Shown here in pieces: positions 61,422 to 64,000 of a DNA stretch of 64,000 nucleotides; the first letter of the stretch is position 1; each line of letters begins with the position of its first letter. A program made the translations under genes and the position numbers. The stretch covers positions 1,860,001-1,924,000 of the forward strand of contig NEEC01000014.1 of the NCBI GenBank assembly GCA_002189035.1, written 5' to 3'. Source of the stretch: Utricularia gibba (lineage: Eukaryota; Plantae; Magnoliophyta). Below the pieces are notes generated by a model. The model saw only the letters and a program-made list of their open reading frames with translations. It was not told the DNA's origin and searched no databases.

Positions 61422-62897
61422 TCAACGGAGGTTGCCCCCCACGGCCACGATCTGATCGATGAATTCTTCCATGTTCTGATACGACGAGCCACCTTCCTCA
61501 ACCGCATGCTCCGCCGCCTTCTTCCATCTCGCGGCGTTCTCCCTCATCTCTGCCGCCGCTGGCCCTACCATCACCTCCCTCAGATGCTCCGCGATCTCGT
61601 CGCTGGGGATGATTCTCTCGTCGGCTTCTCCCCTGCCGATTCTCACGCCCACCTTGAAAACATCGACCAAGTATTTTGCGTCGGTCACCTGGTCACCCCA
61701 GAAGGGGAACGCCGCAATGGGGACTCCGATGGATAGGGTCTCCATGGTTGAGTTCCACCCGCAGTGAGTGAGGAAACAGCCGATTGAGTCGTGGATTAAT
61801 ACGTCTTCTTGAGGCGCCCATTGCACGATTTTTCCACGGTCCCCAACTTTTTCCATGAACCCATCTGGTAAGACGTGAGCTTCGACCTTCATAGCCGTGG
61901 ACGGCGGCCGGAGAACCCAGAGGAAATTCAGATTAGATTCAAGAAGCCCGTAAGCGATCTGGTTAATTTGCTCCTGTTTCAAGTGTATCACGCTTCCGAA
62001 TGAGATGTAGACTACAGAATGCCGCGGTTTGGTGTCGAGCCATTCGATGCAGCTCTCCGGTTTGAAGAAATCAGCCCTGATTCCGTTTGATTTGGATTCC
62101 GGTTCCTCGGGGATCCCCTTTCTTCGGATGGGCTTGAACAAGGGGCCTAAAGCAATGATCGGCCGGGAGATTTTGGACATGTAGTTGATGTTTTCGTCTT
62201 CAAGTTCCTGAAAGGTGTCCATCAGTACGCACATTGGTTTGCTCAGATTCTTGAATTGCCCCATAATCGCTCTCCGCAGAAAGGGATACGGGGTATTGGG
62301 ACGCAGGAAATTAGGGACTTCATCGTGTTTCAGCAATGGCATGCACGGCAATTGCACGTCGATCTCCGGGGCTTCTGCGGTCGGAAACGGCACGAGCTTG
62401 TTGAAGTAATGGTAATACGCGGAGAAACAAGCGCAAGACTGAACCCAAAGCATGGCGCTGGGGATCCCCAGTTCCTCTGCAACGTCGCACACCCATGGAA
62501 TGAAGGGATTGTTAATAAGACAGGACACCGGCCTCCCAATGTCGCCCTGCCTTTTCACCATCTCCTTCAACTTGGATCTTCCGACGACGTCGAGATGCGC
62601 CATGTACTCGTCCAGATCATTGGCGTTCGGGTTATTGAAGTCCCACCCATCATCGAAAAACTCGAAACGAATCATCCCACGTCCCAGGGGAACCGCCTCA
62701 TCGTCGGCGATTGCGTTTGATCTTCGGATGCTCTCTCCCGCGAGCTCCGGCGTGCAGAATGTGATGAAGAGTCCGTAATCTGCGAGACGCTTGGCTAAAC
62801 GGAGGAGAGGGTTGACGTGGCCTTGTCCGGGGAACGACACCATGAAAACATGAACATTTCTGAGAAGCTGCGCCGGTGGTGGAACCAAGCTACCCAT
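61422..62897 (-). CDS. UGT84A: UDP-glycosyltransferase, UGT84A-type (group L, glucose-ester forming)
   Basis: Intronless 491 aa. HVFMVSFPGQGHVNPLLRL; CLINNPFIPWVCDVAEELGIPSAMLWVQSCACF; PSPG box WAPQEDVLIHDSIGCFLTHCGWNSTME...FWGDQ followed by VTDAKYL. TATA-like TATAA at about 63007-63011. Confidence 0.92.
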   Translation of the reverse strand: MGSLVPPPAQLLRNVHVFMVSFPGQGHVNPLLRLAKRLADYGLFITFCTPELAGESIRRSNAIADDEAVPLGRGMIRFEFFDDGWDFNNPNANDLDEYMAHLDVVGRSKLKEMVKRQGDIGRPVSCLINNPFIPWVCDVAEELGIPSAMLWVQSCACFSAYYHYFNKLVPFPTAEAPEIDVQLPCMPLLKHDEVPNFLRPNTPYPFLRRAIMGQFKNLSKPMCVLMDTFQELEDENINYMSKISRPIIALGPLFKPIRRKGIPEEPESKSNGIRADFFKPESCIEWLDTKPRHSVVYISFGSVIHLKQEQINQIAYGLLESNLNFLWVLRPPSTAMKVEAHVLPDGFMEKVGDRGKIVQWAPQEDVLIHDSIGCFLTHCGWNSTMETLSIGVPIAAFPFWGDQVTDAKYLVDVFKVGVRIGRGEADERIIPSDEIAEHLREVMVGPAAAEMRENAARWKKAAEHAVEEGGSSYQNMEEFIDQIVAVGGNLR

Positions 62898-63297
62898 GTT
62901 GAAATGAAAACTCAGCTGGTTGCTTTCCTTCTTTTCTGACTAACTGCCTTTCGTTTTCCTCGAGTGTACACACCCTTGATGAAGCTGAGATGACTTGGGG
63001 TGGCCTTTATAACAACTCAACACATGGCGACCCACAGATTTTTGACTGGTAGGTTTGGGGAGAGGAACCACATGCTCCCACTGCTTGATTCACCTCCTGC
63101 TTCCGACCCACAATTAGATTTTCTAGTTTTTCACATTACATTCTTGTTCTTCTCCTGTAAATCATGATAAATATTACTCACACTCCTCCACACGAAATAG
63201 ATCCTCCCACTTAAATACAACCAGCCGCCGGCGTACATGAACAAGCTCTGTCAAATCGACACAAGTACCTCCTCACCGTCCGTATACCACATGCTTT

Positions 63298-63617
63298 TCA
63301 TACAGAAAAAAACGGAGGACAGTAGTCAACCCAGTTCGCCCCCACTGGTTTACAAATCCGTTGAGAAAACCACGCCGGAATCCGCATGCTGATCCCACAG
63401 ACTTGGCATTTGGCGACGTCCACCCATCCTGAAATGCAAATCCGGATATATGTATTTGCATTTGAAAAAAAAAGATATTTTGAAACTACCCATTTGAATT
63501 CCTTACAAAACCAGCAAAGTCATCAACTGTCGGCGCTGTCGACTTCGACAGCACAGCATCTTCATCTACGTTACACCTGTGCACGCGCCGCCCTTGTCGA
63601 CTCATATTCTATTTATA
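63298..63617 (-). other. Candidate small spliced transcript upstream of UGT84A
   Basis: TATAAATA at 63617-63610, ATG at 63565 and a canonical U-rich 78-nt GTAAGG..TTTCAG intron at 63506-63429. The product is not recognised. Confidence 0.45.
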
Positions 63618-64000
63618 AACCCGTCTTTAATTAAGGTAATCAGATACTTAATCACTTCCTTTTTTGTGGAAGATATTATTGTAGAAGACTTTACCCTCTA
63701 ATTGCGTGTCAAATAAATAGGAAGATATTATTGTCGGCGACGTGTATAGATAAATAAACTGAAAACCTGTAGAAAAGGAGGGGCCAACAGTATTCAAGCT
63801 ACCGGCTTACAAAAGTGGGGTCCACCCTGTTGACACCCATAGGATAATAAAACCAGGCGAGGAGGGGTTTGTGGGCCACCCCAAATAATTGGATGGTTGA
63901 TTTAATCAAGCACATGTTAATTTGTTTGGGCATGCGTTTAATGAGAAACGGGGTTGGGGATTTCTTCTAGATACCTCGAATTCTGGTCTTAATGGCTTTT

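Noticed and set aside
1-64000. rRNA, tRNA, conserved miRNA, CRISPR arrays, autonomous transposons
   Set aside because: No matches seen by eye to common conserved miRNA mature sequences or RNA genes, and no transposase or reverse-transcriptase ORF. This was not an exhaustive computational scan.

Overview
Gene-dense eudicot nuclear DNA with mostly 70-100 nt GT-AG introns and about 19 protein-coding genes in 64 kb. I assembled exons by hand from splice sites and family motifs. Gene order: TBL/PC-esterase (5'-truncated, +), DUF1005 (-), cytosolic glutamyl-tRNA synthetase (-), type I MADS AGL61/62-like (+), two tandem clade-IA SCPL acyltransferase-like genes (+), DNA polymerase kappa (+), Btz-domain-like protein (+), DUF936 (+), vacuolar sorting receptor (+), ZAT10-like C2H2 (+), NPY-type BTB/NPH3 (+), kinase-less SERK-like LRR protein (-), DUF620 (-), GH3 IAA-amido synthetase (-), PHD-homeodomain HAT3.1-like (+), a small conserved unknown protein (+), a single-finger EAR C2H2 ZFP (-) and a UGT84A-type glucosyltransferase (-). 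The SCPL pair comes from a roughly 4-5 kb tandem duplication with a GCTTT microhomology junction. Three MITEs are present in copy 1 only, with empty sites in copy 2. At least five conserved genes, including essential GluRS, carry frameshifts that are repaired by restoring bases in short homopolymers, so most are probably assembly errors. The leads I rate highest are: a possible acyl-glucose donor/acceptor link between UGT84A and the SCPL pair; an apparent new 78-nt intron in a normally intronless MADS gene; two GC-AG introns per SCPL copy; and several spliced-looking units with no recognisable product. No species or database match was verified; family assignments rest on recalled motifs.
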